DNA of 64,000 bases from NCBI GenBank assembly GCA_965237415.1, contig CBDEFM010000002.1, positions 2,208,001 to 2,272,000 on the forward strand, given 5' to 3'. This document shows, piece by piece, positions 12,694 to 22,922 of the stretch. The stretch is from Alphaproteobacteria bacterium (GTDB lineage Bacteria; Pseudomonadota; Alphaproteobacteria; UBA828). A program made the translations under genes and the position numbers. Position 1 is the stretch's first letter; the number at the start of each line of letters is the position of its first letter. Below the pieces are notes generated by a model that was not told where the DNA came from, did no database searches, and worked only from the letters and a program-made list of their open reading frames with translations.

Positions 12694-14061
12694 ATGCGTA
12701 AACATATTCGATGCGGTCAGCTGTTCACCGGGCTCGGTGACGGTGCGGAACGCGATCAGACGGTGGTGACCGAGGGCGAGCGGATCGCCTATGTGGGGCC
12801 GAGCGCGGGCGCGCCCGTGGCGGCGGCGGAAGACGAGGTGGTGGACCACTCCGGCCATTTCGTGATGCCCGGTCTGATCGACGTCCACGTCCACCTCTCC
12901 TACGGCAATGCCAAGACCGAAGAGGACATCGACCTCTACGCCCCGGTCGAGTTCCGCGCGCTGCGCGGGCTGGAGGCGGCCCAGCGGGTGCTCGCCGCAG
13001 GCTTCACCTCGATGGCCGACCCGACCACGAGCGGTCGCGTCACACCCTCGATCCGCGACGCTATCGACGCGGGCCTCTTCCCAGGCCCCCGCATCACCTG
13101 CTCCGGGCGCCAGATCACCAACCGGCAGGGGCTTTCCGACTGGTATCCCAGCTGGGTCGGCGTGCCCGAGACCTCCATCGGCGTGCTCGCCCGCGATGCC
13201 GCCGAGGGGATCGCGGAGATCCGCACCATGGTCAAGGACGGTGTGGACTTCATCAAGATCGCCATGGACGGCGATTCGATGAACCCGATGACCAGCGTCC
13301 TCGTTGCCGGCTACAACCAGGAAGAAACTACGGCGATGGTCGCGGAGGCCCACCGGCTCGGCAAGAAGGTGGTGGTGCACGCGCGTGGCGCCGAGGCCGT
13401 GCTCTATTCCGCCCGTGCCGGCGTCGACGTGATCCTGCATGCCGCCTGGATGGACGACGAGGGGCTGGAGGCGGTGGTCGAGAACGGCTGCATGATCTGC
13501 CCGACTTTCAGCCTGGTGGTGAACGACATCGACTTCACCCGGCCGGGCGATGGCTGCTATCCGGGCTTCCCGGACGCGCACAAGCGCGAGATCGAGGCCG
13601 CCCAGCGCTCCCTCGTGAAGGCGCGGGATGCGGGCGTGACCTTCCTCTCCGGCACGGATTCCGGCTTCGCGGTGACACCCTACGGCGAATGGCATGCCCG
13701 CGAGCTCGAGCACATGGTGACCTACCTCGGCATCTCGGCGGCCGAGGCGCTGCGCTGCGCCACGGTCAACAACAGCACCTTCGTGCGCGAGGAAGGCCAA
13801 GTGGGCGCGCTGGAGCAGGGCCGGCTCGCCGATATCCTGATCTTCGACGGAGACCCGCTGGCCGATATCACCCAGCTTCAGGACCGCAGCCGCATCCGCG
13901 AGATCATCCTCGGCGGCGAGACGGTGAACCTCGCCATCAACCCGAAGGCGCAGCGTCTCCGCTCCGAGTTCTCCTACGAGATGTGGCACCAGGTCTACAC
14001 GCAGGAGCGGATCACCGAGATCGGCATGAACCGCCCGGTTTCGGCCGAAGCCGCCGAGTAG
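12694..14061 (+). CDS. metal-dependent amidohydrolase (Xaa-Pro dipeptidase-like)
   Basis: PGLIDVHVH, GVDFIK, VVHA, GTDSG. Confidence 0.9.
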   Translation: MRKHIRCGQLFTGLGDGAERDQTVVTEGERIAYVGPSAGAPVAAAEDEVVDHSGHFVMPGLIDVHVHLSYGNAKTEEDIDLYAPVEFRALRGLEAAQRVLAAGFTSMADPTTSGRVTPSIRDAIDAGLFPGPRITCSGRQITNRQGLSDWYPSWVGVPETSIGVLARDAAEGIAEIRTMVKDGVDFIKIAMDGDSMNPMTSVLVAGYNQEETTAMVAEAHRLGKKVVVHARGAEAVLYSARAGVDVILHAAWMDDEGLEAVVENGCMICPTFSLVVNDIDFTRPGDGCYPGFPDAHKREIEAAQRSLVKARDAGVTFLSGTDSGFAVTPYGEWHARELEHMVTYLGISAAEALRCATVNNSTFVREEGQVGALEQGRLADILIFDGDPLADITQLQDRSRIREIILGGETVNLAINPKAQRLRSEFSYEMWHQVYTQERITEIGMNRPVSAEAAE

Positions 14062-14156
14062 TATCCGCAGGGCGACACCGGGCGGCGCGTCGGCGCGTTC
14101 CGGCGGGCCGCCCCTTTGCCCTGAACCTTCCGATCTGAAACGGGGAGCGAGCCGCC

Positions 14157-15329
14157 ATGCCCGTCATCAACCGCATCGCCGCGATCCACGACGATATGAC
14201 GACGTGGCGGCGCGATATCCACGCCCATCCGGAACTGGGTTTCGAGGAGGAACGCACCGCAGCCATCGTGGCCCAAAAACTCGAGTCCTTCGGCATTCCG
14301 GTGCATCGGGGGCTCGCGAAGACCGGCGTGGTGGGCGTCCTCGAAGGCGCGCCGGGCGAGGGCGCCATCGCGCTCCGCGCCGACATGGACGCGCTGCCGA
14401 TCCTCGAGGGGAAGCACGTCGCCCACCGCTCGACCAACGACGGCACCATGCACGCCTGCGGCCATGACGGGCACACGACGATGCTGTTGGGTGCGGCGCG
14501 ATACCTGGCCGAGACCCGCAACTTTGCCGGCACGGTCTATTTCGTCTTCCAGCCCGCCGAGGAAGGCCTCGGCGGCGGCGAGGCCATGGTGAAGGAGGGG
14601 CTGTTCGAGCGCTTCCCGGCCGAGGCCGTCTACGGCATGCACAACTGGCCGGGAATGCCGCCGGGGGAGATCGCCGTCCGCACCGGGCCGATGATGGCGG
14701 CGTGCGATGAGTTCGAGATCACGGTGGAGGGCACCGGCGCTCACGGCGCCATGCCCCACCTCGGCCTCGATCCCGTGGTGGCATCGGCGCAGATCGTCAC
14801 CGGGCTCCAGTCGATCGTGGCCCGCAACGTCGACCCGCTGGAGTCGGGCGTTGTCAGCGTGACGATGATCCACGGCGGCGACGCCTTCAACGTCATCCCG
14901 CAATCGGTCGAGCTCGCGGGCACCGTCCGTACCTTCAAGCCCGAGGTAAGAGAGACCATCGCCTCGGGGATCGAGCGGATTGCAGAGAGCACGGCAGCCG
15001 CGTTCGGTGCCAGGGCCACGGTCAAGGTGGAGGCGCGCTACCCCGCCACGGTCAACACCGGAGACGAGACCGACCGTGCCGAGGCCGCCGCCCAGGCCGT
15101 GGTGGGCACGGAGCGCGTCCACCGGGACGTCGCGCCCTGCATGGGCTCGGAGGATTTCGCCTACATGCTCCAGGCCCGGCCCGGCAGCTATATCTGGATC
15201 GGCAACGGCTTGGGCCCCGGCGGCTGCTTCCTCCACAACCCGGGCTACGACTTCAACGACGAGATCCTGCCCATCGGCGCGAGCTACTGGGCCACCCTGG
15301 TCGAGCGGGAGCTCGCGGCGAACCGCTGA
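14157..15329 (+). CDS. M20D amidohydrolase (hippurate hydrolase-like)
   Basis: HAHPELGFEE, RADMDAL, HACGHDGH, QPAEE, SEDF. Confidence 0.95.
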   Translation: MPVINRIAAIHDDMTTWRRDIHAHPELGFEEERTAAIVAQKLESFGIPVHRGLAKTGVVGVLEGAPGEGAIALRADMDALPILEGKHVAHRSTNDGTMHACGHDGHTTMLLGAARYLAETRNFAGTVYFVFQPAEEGLGGGEAMVKEGLFERFPAEAVYGMHNWPGMPPGEIAVRTGPMMAACDEFEITVEGTGAHGAMPHLGLDPVVASAQIVTGLQSIVARNVDPLESGVVSVTMIHGGDAFNVIPQSVELAGTVRTFKPEVRETIASGIERIAESTAAAFGARATVKVEARYPATVNTGDETDRAEAAAQAVVGTERVHRDVAPCMGSEDFAYMLQARPGSYIWIGNGLGPGGCFLHNPGYDFNDEILPIGASYWATLVERELAANR

Positions 15330-15371
15330 GCGACCGCGACACCATCGCCGGGCGCGCACGGGCTCGATGGC

Positions 15372-16268
15372 ATGAACGACACGATGGAAACGCGCGCGCC
15401 GGCATGGGGCGCCGAGGCAGCGCGGCGCCAACTCACTGCCGACGGCTTCTGCCACGTGCCGGGCGTGCTCGACCCCGCGGTACTGCACGCGACCGTGAAG
15501 GCGGCGGGCCACGCCCTCGGAACCATCGGCGCGGATCACCGCGCGCAGTGGCGCTCGCAGGGGAGCCTCGTCCCCGTCGCGGACCACCCGTCTTTTGCGG
15601 CGCTCATCGCTCATCCCGGGTTCCAGGAGATGTTTGGGGGGCTTGGCTTTCACGGCACGCGCTTCTCCTCCGGCTACGTGATCAGCAAGCCGCCGGGTGG
15701 GCCGGCGCTCTTCTGGCATCAGGACTGGTGGGGCTGGCAACATCCGATTTCGCGCGAGGACCGTATCGCCCAGGTCGCGCTCTTCCTCTACATGACCGAC
15801 ACGACGTGGGAGAACGGCTGCCTCAGGCTCATCCCCGGCTCTCACCGCAGGCCGCATCCGCTGCATGACCTCGTCGATGCCCACGACCCGACGCTCGCGG
15901 AGGTGAGAAACCCGGACGATGCCGCGTTCGCCTCGCATCCGGACGAGGTCGACGTGCCGGTGACGGCGGGCGATGTCGTCGTGGTCGATGCCCGGCTGGT
16001 CCACGGCGCCCATCCCAATCGCTCCGACAAGGAACGCACCAACATCACGCTCTGGTGGCATCCCGACTATGAGGGATTGCCGGCGTCGCTCCGGGCACGC
16101 ATCTGGCGAATTTACGAGCGGGAGGGATCGGATACGGACATTGCCGCCGACCGCACGCTCCGACCCGACACCTGGCCCGAGCCCTATCGCAGCCAGGCTC
16201 TTCCCTTCGTCGTCACCGATCCGGGCCCTGTTGCGCCTGAACCCTGGATCCGCGCGCCTGCGTACTAG
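15372..16268 (+). CDS. phytanoyl-CoA dioxygenase (PhyH) family Fe(II)/2OG enzyme
   Basis: WHQD, ENGCLRLIPGSH, LVHG...R. Confidence 0.88.
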   Translation: MNDTMETRAPAWGAEAARRQLTADGFCHVPGVLDPAVLHATVKAAGHALGTIGADHRAQWRSQGSLVPVADHPSFAALIAHPGFQEMFGGLGFHGTRFSSGYVISKPPGGPALFWHQDWWGWQHPISREDRIAQVALFLYMTDTTWENGCLRLIPGSHRRPHPLHDLVDAHDPTLAEVRNPDDAAFASHPDEVDVPVTAGDVVVVDARLVHGAHPNRSDKERTNITLWWHPDYEGLPASLRARIWRIYEREGSDTDIAADRTLRPDTWPEPYRSQALPFVVTDPGPVAPEPWIRAPAY

Positions 16269-16535
16269 GCCACATTTCTCACCAGTTCGCGGCCCGCGTG
16301 GAGTGGCATACCCCTTGCGCCACAGCGGGCGCCGCCGCTGAGTTGCCCCGGCGGCATCCGAATGGGAAACTTTGGATAGTGCGTGCGCCGGCCCGCGTTC
16401 GATCCGCAGTCCCTGTGGGCTCCGCGCGAACGGCCGGACGTACGGTCACATGAGAGTTCGGCGTCGTCGCCGGCAGTTGGACAGGCCCTCGGGCGTGCCG
16501 CTTGTCCGGACTGCGTCAACAAGGGAGATAAGGTC

Positions 16536-17621
16536 ATGATGAGTTTCGGCAACACATTGCGTCACGTGCTGAAGAGGCCGCTGACGACGGCGCTTGCGCT
16601 TGGGCTCGGCGTCGCGCTGCTGACGGTGCTCGACGCCACTCGCGCGGAGGCAGGCGATGCCGCCGAGAACGCAAAAAAGATTCTCGAATTCGACGCGCGG
16701 AACACCACGCCGTCCAAGGCCTACCGGATCGCCTATCTGACCGAGTGCGGCCAGAACCCCTATTGCTCGGCGCGGCGCGCAGGCCTTGAGGCAGCCGCCC
16801 AGAAGTACGGATTCACCTACAAGCGCTTCGCCGCCAACTTCAACCCGGCGACGCAGATCAAACAGGTGCAGAACGCGATCACCGAGGGCTTCGACGGCTA
16901 CCTGTTCGCGCCGACGGCGGCTGCGGCCGCCTGCTCGATGTGGAAGCGCCACCTCGAGCCGCTCGACGAGCCCACCGTTTCTCTGGATCTGCCGATGTGC
17001 GACGACGCCGACTATTCTGCAGGTCTGGCGGCAACGATCACCATGCAGCGCCAAGCCTACTACAACGCCCATGTCGACAACGCGCTCGCATCCTGCACGG
17101 AGCCCTGCGAGGTTGCGGCGGTCGGCGGCTTCGTCGGTTCCGACCTGTTCGGGTTCTGGGAGAACGCCATCCAGCAGGGCATCGAGAAGTTTCCGAACGC
17201 CGACGTGGTCTCCGACCAGCCGGCGAACTTCGACCCGCGCGTGGCCCTGGAGAAAATCCAGAACGCGCTGCTCGCGCATCCCGATATCACGGTGATTCTC
17301 TCGTCCTGGGACGACATGTCGCGCGGTGTCGAGCAGGCGGTCGAGGCCGCAGGCAAGAAGCCCGGCACCGACGTCAGGATCTATTCCATCGGTGCCACCA
17401 AGGACGGCATCGCCAAGGTGAAGGCCGGCGTCTACAACGAGACGACGGTGCTGCTGCCCTGGGAGGAGTCCTACTACGCCGCCGTTGCGTTGATTGCCGC
17501 GCTCGAGGGCGAGCCGATCAACGGGTACGTCAACGAGGCGGACCTGCCGGCGGTGGCGGATGGCCCCGGCACGATCATCATCACGAAAGAGAACGCCGAC
17601 ACGATGAACCCCAACTATTAG
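16536..17621 (+). CDS. sugar-type ABC transporter substrate-binding protein
   Basis: Signal-like N-terminus (AEA cleavage site), Peripla_BP_4-like pattern, operon context. Confidence 0.85.
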   Translation: MMSFGNTLRHVLKRPLTTALALGLGVALLTVLDATRAEAGDAAENAKKILEFDARNTTPSKAYRIAYLTECGQNPYCSARRAGLEAAAQKYGFTYKRFAANFNPATQIKQVQNAITEGFDGYLFAPTAAAAACSMWKRHLEPLDEPTVSLDLPMCDDADYSAGLAATITMQRQAYYNAHVDNALASCTEPCEVAAVGGFVGSDLFGFWENAIQQGIEKFPNADVVSDQPANFDPRVALEKIQNALLAHPDITVILSSWDDMSRGVEQAVEAAGKKPGTDVRIYSIGATKDGIAKVKAGVYNETTVLLPWEESYYAAVALIAALEGEPINGYVNEADLPAVADGPGTIIITKENADTMNPNY

Positions 17622-17710
17622 GGGCGCAGCGGCGCGGGGGCCGGGGACGCACACCCGGCCCTCTTCGCCCGTTCCCTCGTGAAACGAGCGGGCGTGGAAG
17701 GCGCTAGGCA

Positions 17711-19252
17711 TTGGAGGCTCGGATCGACCCGCCCGCAACATCGTCCGCCGGGCTCGACGCCATCCACGTCGAGCGCGTCTCGAAGTCGTTCCCCGGCGTT
17801 CAGGCGCTCAAGGGTATCGATTTCGTGCTTCGTGAAGGCGAGGTCCACGGCCTCGTGGGCGAGAACGGCGCCGGCAAATCCACGCTGATCAAGATCCTCA
17901 CCGGCGCCTACACAGCCGATAAGGGCAGCATCGAGATATTCGGCGAAGCGGTCGACCAGCACGGCCCCCGCGCCCAGCAGCGCGCGGGCGTCGCTGCGAT
18001 CTACCAGGAACTCACCATCGTCGCGGACATGTCCGCAGCCTCGAACGTGTTTCTCGGCCGCCCCATGCGGCGGGGACCCATAGTGAATCGGCGCGCCATG
18101 GAACAGCGCTTCCGGGAGCTGGGCGCCCGTCTCGGCGTCACTATTCAGCCGAGGGCCCTTGCCGGCGATCTCTCGGTGGCAAACCAGCAGATACTGGAGA
18201 TCATGCGGGCGCTCCAGGCCGATCATCGCATTCTCATCATGGACGAGCCCACGGCGTCGCTCGGGCCCAACGAGCGCGAGCGGCTCTACGAGACGGTGGG
18301 TCGGCTTCGCGACGAGCGCACGTCGGTCATCTATATCTCCCATGATCTGGACGAGGTGCTGAGACTCTGCGACCGAATCTCGGTCATGCGCGACGGGGAG
18401 ATGGTCGCCACGGCCGACGTCGGCGCGTGGGACAAGGAGAAGCTGGTCAGCACCATGCTGGGGACCGAGTTGCGCGCGCTCCCCGCGCGCCGGCGTGCCT
18501 CGGACGGTGATGAGCTCCTGCGCGTGGACGGCGTCGCGGTGCCCGGCAAGCTCCAGGACATCTCGTTCGTCCTCCGCGCCGGCGAGATATTCGGGATCGC
18601 GGGCCTGGTGGGCGCAGGCAGAACCGAGCTGCTGTGCGCCCTGGCGGGCACTCAGCCCGGCGCCGCAGGAACGCTCACAATCGATGGCCGCACGCAGCCC
18701 TTGCCACGCACGATCGGCCGGGCACTGAAGCTCGGGATCGCGCTTACGCCCGAAGATCGAAAAGGCCAGGGGCTGGTGCTGAGCCAGAGCGGTTTCGTGA
18801 ACGTCACCATGACCGACATGCGCGGAATCGCGCCCGGCGCGATCGTGCGAAGCGGGCGCCGCAAATCCGCGGCCGAGGCGATCGCCACCTCGCTCGCCTT
18901 CGACCCGCGCCGTCTGGGCGCGCCGACGGAGACGCTGTCCGGCGGCAATCAGCAGAAGCTCGTGGTCGGCAAATGGCTTCACCGCCGGCCGCGGGTGCTG
19001 TTGATGGACGAGCCCACGCGCGGCATCGATGTCGGCGCGAAGGGAGAGATGTTCGCCGTCATGCGCCGCCTGGCCGACGAAGGAATGGCGATCATCATGG
19101 TGTCCTCGGAGCTCGAGGAGGTGGTCGAGATTGCCGACCGCGTCCTGGTGCTGGCCAAGGGACGGCAGGTTGCCATCCTGGAGCGTGAGGACCTCTCCCT
19201 GGAGCGCGTTCTCACGATGACGTTTGGCGTGGAGGGGGAGGCTGCGGCATGA
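17711..19252 (+). CDS. sugar ABC transporter ATP-binding protein (RbsA-like)
   Basis: GENGAGKST, LSGGNQQK, DEPTRGIDVGAK. Confidence 0.95.
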   Translation: MEARIDPPATSSAGLDAIHVERVSKSFPGVQALKGIDFVLREGEVHGLVGENGAGKSTLIKILTGAYTADKGSIEIFGEAVDQHGPRAQQRAGVAAIYQELTIVADMSAASNVFLGRPMRRGPIVNRRAMEQRFRELGARLGVTIQPRALAGDLSVANQQILEIMRALQADHRILIMDEPTASLGPNERERLYETVGRLRDERTSVIYISHDLDEVLRLCDRISVMRDGEMVATADVGAWDKEKLVSTMLGTELRALPARRRASDGDELLRVDGVAVPGKLQDISFVLRAGEIFGIAGLVGAGRTELLCALAGTQPGAAGTLTIDGRTQPLPRTIGRALKLGIALTPEDRKGQGLVLSQSGFVNVTMTDMRGIAPGAIVRSGRRKSAAEAIATSLAFDPRRLGAPTETLSGGNQQKLVVGKWLHRRPRVLLMDEPTRGIDVGAKGEMFAVMRRLADEGMAIIMVSSELEEVVEIADRVLVLAKGRQVAILEREDLSLERVLTMTFGVEGEAAA

Positions 19253-20268
19253 ACCCGTCGCCGCCCCCGCCCCAGGATTCCGCCTCCGGCAGCCGCACGG
19301 AGAGCAGCGCGGCCCTCTTGCGGCACTATGGCGGGGTCGCGTTCCGCACCTACGGAATCATCGTCGCCTTCGTGATTCTCGTCATCGTCGTCTCCATCGG
19401 CAATCCCGCATTCCTCTCCCAGGGCAACATCTTCAACATGCTGTCCCAGTGGGCGCCGGCCGGGATCATGGCAGTGGGCATGACCTACGTGATCCTGACC
19501 GGCGGCTTCGATCTGTCGATCGCCTCCGGCTACTCGCTCTGCGCGGTGGTCGCGGCCGGGGTCGGCATCATGGTGGACCCCGCTTACGCGTTCCTCGCCG
19601 CCATCGCGGCAGGATTCGTCGTCGGTCTCCTCAATGCGGTGCTGGTCGTCGGCGTCAACATCAACCCGTTCATCACGACGGTGGGCACCGGATTCATCCT
19701 TGGCGGCGTCACCTATGTGATGACCAAGAACGCGGCCTTCGTCGTGCCCGACATGGCCTTTGGCGATCTCGGCGCCGGCCGTTGGCACGGCTTCCCCTTC
19801 TCGGGGATGATGCTGATCGGCTTCCTCCTGGTCGGCGGGCTGGTGCTCGCGAAGACCGTCTATGGCGAGGCGATCTACGCCGTCGGCGGCAACCGGGAGG
19901 CGAGCCGGCTTTCCGGCATCCGCGTCCGCACCGTGATCGGCAGCACCTATGTGCTCTCAGGCGTGTGCATGGGCGTCGCCGGCACGCTCACGGCGTCTCA
20001 GCTCAACTCGGCCCAGGCCAATCTCGACCCTGTCATCATCTTCGATGTGCTGACCATCGTCGTCGTGGGCGGGACCTCTCTCGCCGGCGGCTTCGGGTCG
20101 ATGTGGCGGACAGTCGTGGGTCTCGGCATCATCGCGACGATATCGAACGGCTTCGTCCTGCTCGACATCAGCGTCTTCTACCAGGACATCATCAAGGGCT
20201 CGATCATCGTCGGCGCGCTTGCGCTCGACGTGCTTGCGCGCCGTGTGGCGACGCGCTCCGGCGCGTGA
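19249..20268 (+). CDS. sugar ABC transporter permease (RbsC-like)
   Basis: GGFDLS, PFITT, GGNREASRLSGI, GGTSLAGG. Confidence 0.95.
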   Translation: MNPSPPPPQDSASGSRTESSAALLRHYGGVAFRTYGIIVAFVILVIVVSIGNPAFLSQGNIFNMLSQWAPAGIMAVGMTYVILTGGFDLSIASGYSLCAVVAAGVGIMVDPAYAFLAAIAAGFVVGLLNAVLVVGVNINPFITTVGTGFILGGVTYVMTKNAAFVVPDMAFGDLGAGRWHGFPFSGMMLIGFLLVGGLVLAKTVYGEAIYAVGGNREASRLSGIRVRTVIGSTYVLSGVCMGVAGTLTASQLNSAQANLDPVIIFDVLTIVVVGGTSLAGGFGSMWRTVVGLGIIATISNGFVLLDISVFYQDIIKGSIIVGALALDVLARRVATRSGA

Positions 20269-20303
20269 GCGCCACGCCAACCTGAAAAATCAAGCCGAAA
20301 CGA

Positions 20304-21791
20304 TCAACCCAGCTCCGGCGTGGCGGCCGGTGCCCGGCGGTGCTGCGTCGCCTGCTCGAAGGAATAGGCGAGCGCCAGCAGATCGCCCTCGCGGTAGGGC
20401 AGGCCCAGGATCTCCATCCCCACCGGCACGCCGCCAGGCGTAAAGCCGGCAGGCACGCTGATCGCCGGCATCCAGGTCTGAGCGCCGATCAGGGTGTTCG
20501 TGGGGAACTCGAGCGTCTTCCATTGCCCGGCGTCGAGATCCTCGCGCCTTGGCGACTGGACCTGGGTCGTCGGGAAGACCAGCGCATCGGCACCGGCCTT
20601 GCCCATCTGATTGATGACGACCCGCCTGAATTTTTCCGAGGTCGTGTAGCGCGGATAATACTCCGGATCCGAATAGGGGTCTTCCGGACCCTGCGCGATC
20701 TCTTCGAACAGATCGAGCGCCGGATGATACTGCTTGGCATCGTAGAGCGCGCGAATGCTTTCCGGCGGCAACGAGGGGCGGGACGCCATGAACTCGTCGA
20801 TCGCGCTCCGCGAATGATTGATGTAGAGCGACGAATACACGATGTAATCCATGAGATCGGGGATTTCGACATCGACAAGGGTCACGCCGGCGCCCCTCAG
20901 CGCGCCGAGGGCACCCTCGATGACCGCATTGACCGCCGCCGCATCGGGATTGGACGAGTCGCCGAAGGCCGAACGCACGACGCCGATGGTCTTGCCCGAT
21001 AGCGCGTCCTTGTCGAGACAAGCGACGTAGTCCGTCTTCCCGGCGATGAGCGCCGTTGAGGTATAGGGATCTTCGGGGTCGAAGCCGACGATGACCTGCA
21101 GCAGTTTGGCCAGGTCGGTGACGGTGCGGCACATCGGCCCGGCGGAATCCTGGAAGACGACGAGCGGCGACATGCCGGCCCGGCTGATCAGGCCAGGCGT
21201 TACCTTCAGCCCCACCAGGTTGTCGAACGAAGCCGGCAGTCGGGCAGAGCCGCCCGTATCCTCGCCGAGGCCGATGGCGCCGAGATTTGCGGCGACCGCA
21301 CAGCCGGTGCCGCCGCTCGACCCGCCTGGATCGCGGCCAAGATCGTAGGGATTCTTGGTCTCGCCGATGGCCGAGCAATAGCCGAACCACGAGGTCGCGA
21401 AATCGGGCATCGCCGTCTTCGCGAGGATGATCGCGCCGGCATCGCGCATCAACCTGATCGTTGTCGCGTCCTTCTCCGGCAGGTAGCCGGCGGCGGCGGC
21501 GGAGCCGAAGGTCGTGACGATATCGGCAGTCTCGATCTGATCCTTCACGATCACCGGAATGCCGTGGAGCGGCCCGGTAAGCCCGCCCTTGGCGAACACT
21601 TCGTCGAGCGCCTCGGCCTCTTCCACTGCCTTCGGGTTGACGTTGATCACCGAGTTCAGGGCGGGGCCGTTTCGATCGTAGGCTTCGATCCGCGCGAGAT
21701 AGCGCGACACGAGCTCCGCCGCGGTGAGATCGCCTGAACGATACGCCGCGTGGATACCGGCAATCGTCGTTTCCTCGACGCGAAAGGCCAT
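20304..21791 (-). CDS. amidase (amidase signature family)
   Basis: GIPVIVKD, PGGSSGG, DTGGSARLPA. Confidence 0.93.
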   Translation of the reverse strand: MAFRVEETTIAGIHAAYRSGDLTAAELVSRYLARIEAYDRNGPALNSVINVNPKAVEEAEALDEVFAKGGLTGPLHGIPVIVKDQIETADIVTTFGSAAAAGYLPEKDATTIRLMRDAGAIILAKTAMPDFATSWFGYCSAIGETKNPYDLGRDPGGSSGGTGCAVAANLGAIGLGEDTGGSARLPASFDNLVGLKVTPGLISRAGMSPLVVFQDSAGPMCRTVTDLAKLLQVIVGFDPEDPYTSTALIAGKTDYVACLDKDALSGKTIGVVRSAFGDSSNPDAAAVNAVIEGALGALRGAGVTLVDVEIPDLMDYIVYSSLYINHSRSAIDEFMASRPSLPPESIRALYDAKQYHPALDLFEEIAQGPEDPYSDPEYYPRYTTSEKFRRVVINQMGKAGADALVFPTTQVQSPRREDLDAGQWKTLEFPTNTLIGAQTWMPAISVPAGFTPGGVPVGMEILGLPYREGDLLALAYSFEQATQHRRAPAATPELG

Positions 21792-21919
21792 GGCGTCCTC
21801 CTGACTTCTCGGGGTTGTGACATCCGGCCGGGCGGCCGTTTCCATTTTCGGGCTTATGCTAAATCAGTGGCGGGGAGCGCGCCATGACCGACCGCCGGCC
21901 ACGCCGAGGAGCGCGGGGC

Positions 21920-22918
21920 TCAGTAGAAGCGGTCGAAGAAGATGCGCTCAGGCCGGACCTTGCCGCACCGCATGACGGGCCTGAGCAGCGCATCGATCAG
22001 TCCCGGCGGCCCGGCCATGTAGAAATCGCATTCGGCCAGCCCTTCCATCGCCGCCAGCGCGACGTCGCCGACGAGGCCGGTGGCCGCACCCGGCGCGCCG
22101 TCGCGGACCGCCAGCGTGAGCGAGAGCCGATCGTGTTCGGCGGCCAGCGCCTCCATCTCGTCCGCCATGAATAGTTCCTCGGCGCTGTTCGCTCCGAAGA
22201 AGAGGTGTACGGCAAGGGTATCGGGCTCTGCGATGGCGGCACGCGCGAGCGAGAGAATCGGCGCAAGCCCGGAGCCGCCGGCGACGCAGACCATCTCCCG
22301 CACCGGCGGCGTGCGCAGGTAAGCCCGGCCGTAAGGCCCTTCCAGGCTTACCGTGTCGCCGAGCGCGAGTTCGTCGAAGAGATAGCGAGACGCGTGGCCG
22401 CCCGGCTTCTCCTTCACGATGAAGGCGAGTGTCTCGGGCTCGGTGTTCGCCATCGAGTAGGCGCGCCGCTGGCCGTCCGGCACCTGGAGGAGCACGAACT
22501 GCCCCGGCAGGAAGGGCACGGGCTGCTCCGGCCGGCAGCTGAAAGCGATAACACCCGGCGCGAGCTGCTCCAGCGTCTCGACCGTAGCCGTGAAGGGTGA
22601 TGGCGCGGGCTCCTCTCGCGCGCCCTCCACCTGGCCGAGGCGCACCTGGACCTCGCAATCGCCCTTGGGCAGCGCCTGGCAGCAGAGGATGCGGTCGCCC
22701 TTGCGGCGGTCGCGCTCGCTGAGCCCGGTGGCATCGGGCCAGAGGTACTCCACTTCGCCCGCGATGAGCCGCCCCTTGCACGAGCTGCAGCTTCCGCTCG
22801 TGCACTCGTAGGGCATGGCGAAGCCCGCCGCGAGCCCTGCGCGCAGGATGGTCTCGCCTGGGCCGCAGGTGAAGCGCTCACCCGCAGGCGCGAGCGTGAT
22901 TGTGACGGGCTCGCTCAC
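21920..22918 (-). CDS. 2Fe-2S/FAD/NAD(P)H reductase (monooxygenase reductase, TmoF/DmpP-like)
   Basis: CTSGSCSSC...C cluster motif, RAYS, GGSGLAP, FFDRFY terminus. Confidence 0.88.
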   Translation of the reverse strand: MSEPVTITLAPAGERFTCGPGETILRAGLAAGFAMPYECTSGSCSSCKGRLIAGEVEYLWPDATGLSERDRRKGDRILCCQALPKGDCEVQVRLGQVEGAREEPAPSPFTATVETLEQLAPGVIAFSCRPEQPVPFLPGQFVLLQVPDGQRRAYSMANTEPETLAFIVKEKPGGHASRYLFDELALGDTVSLEGPYGRAYLRTPPVREMVCVAGGSGLAPILSLARAAIAEPDTLAVHLFFGANSAEELFMADEMEALAAEHDRLSLTLAVRDGAPGAATGLVGDVALAAMEGLAECDFYMAGPPGLIDALLRPVMRCGKVRPERIFFDRFY

Positions 22919-22922
22919 AGGG

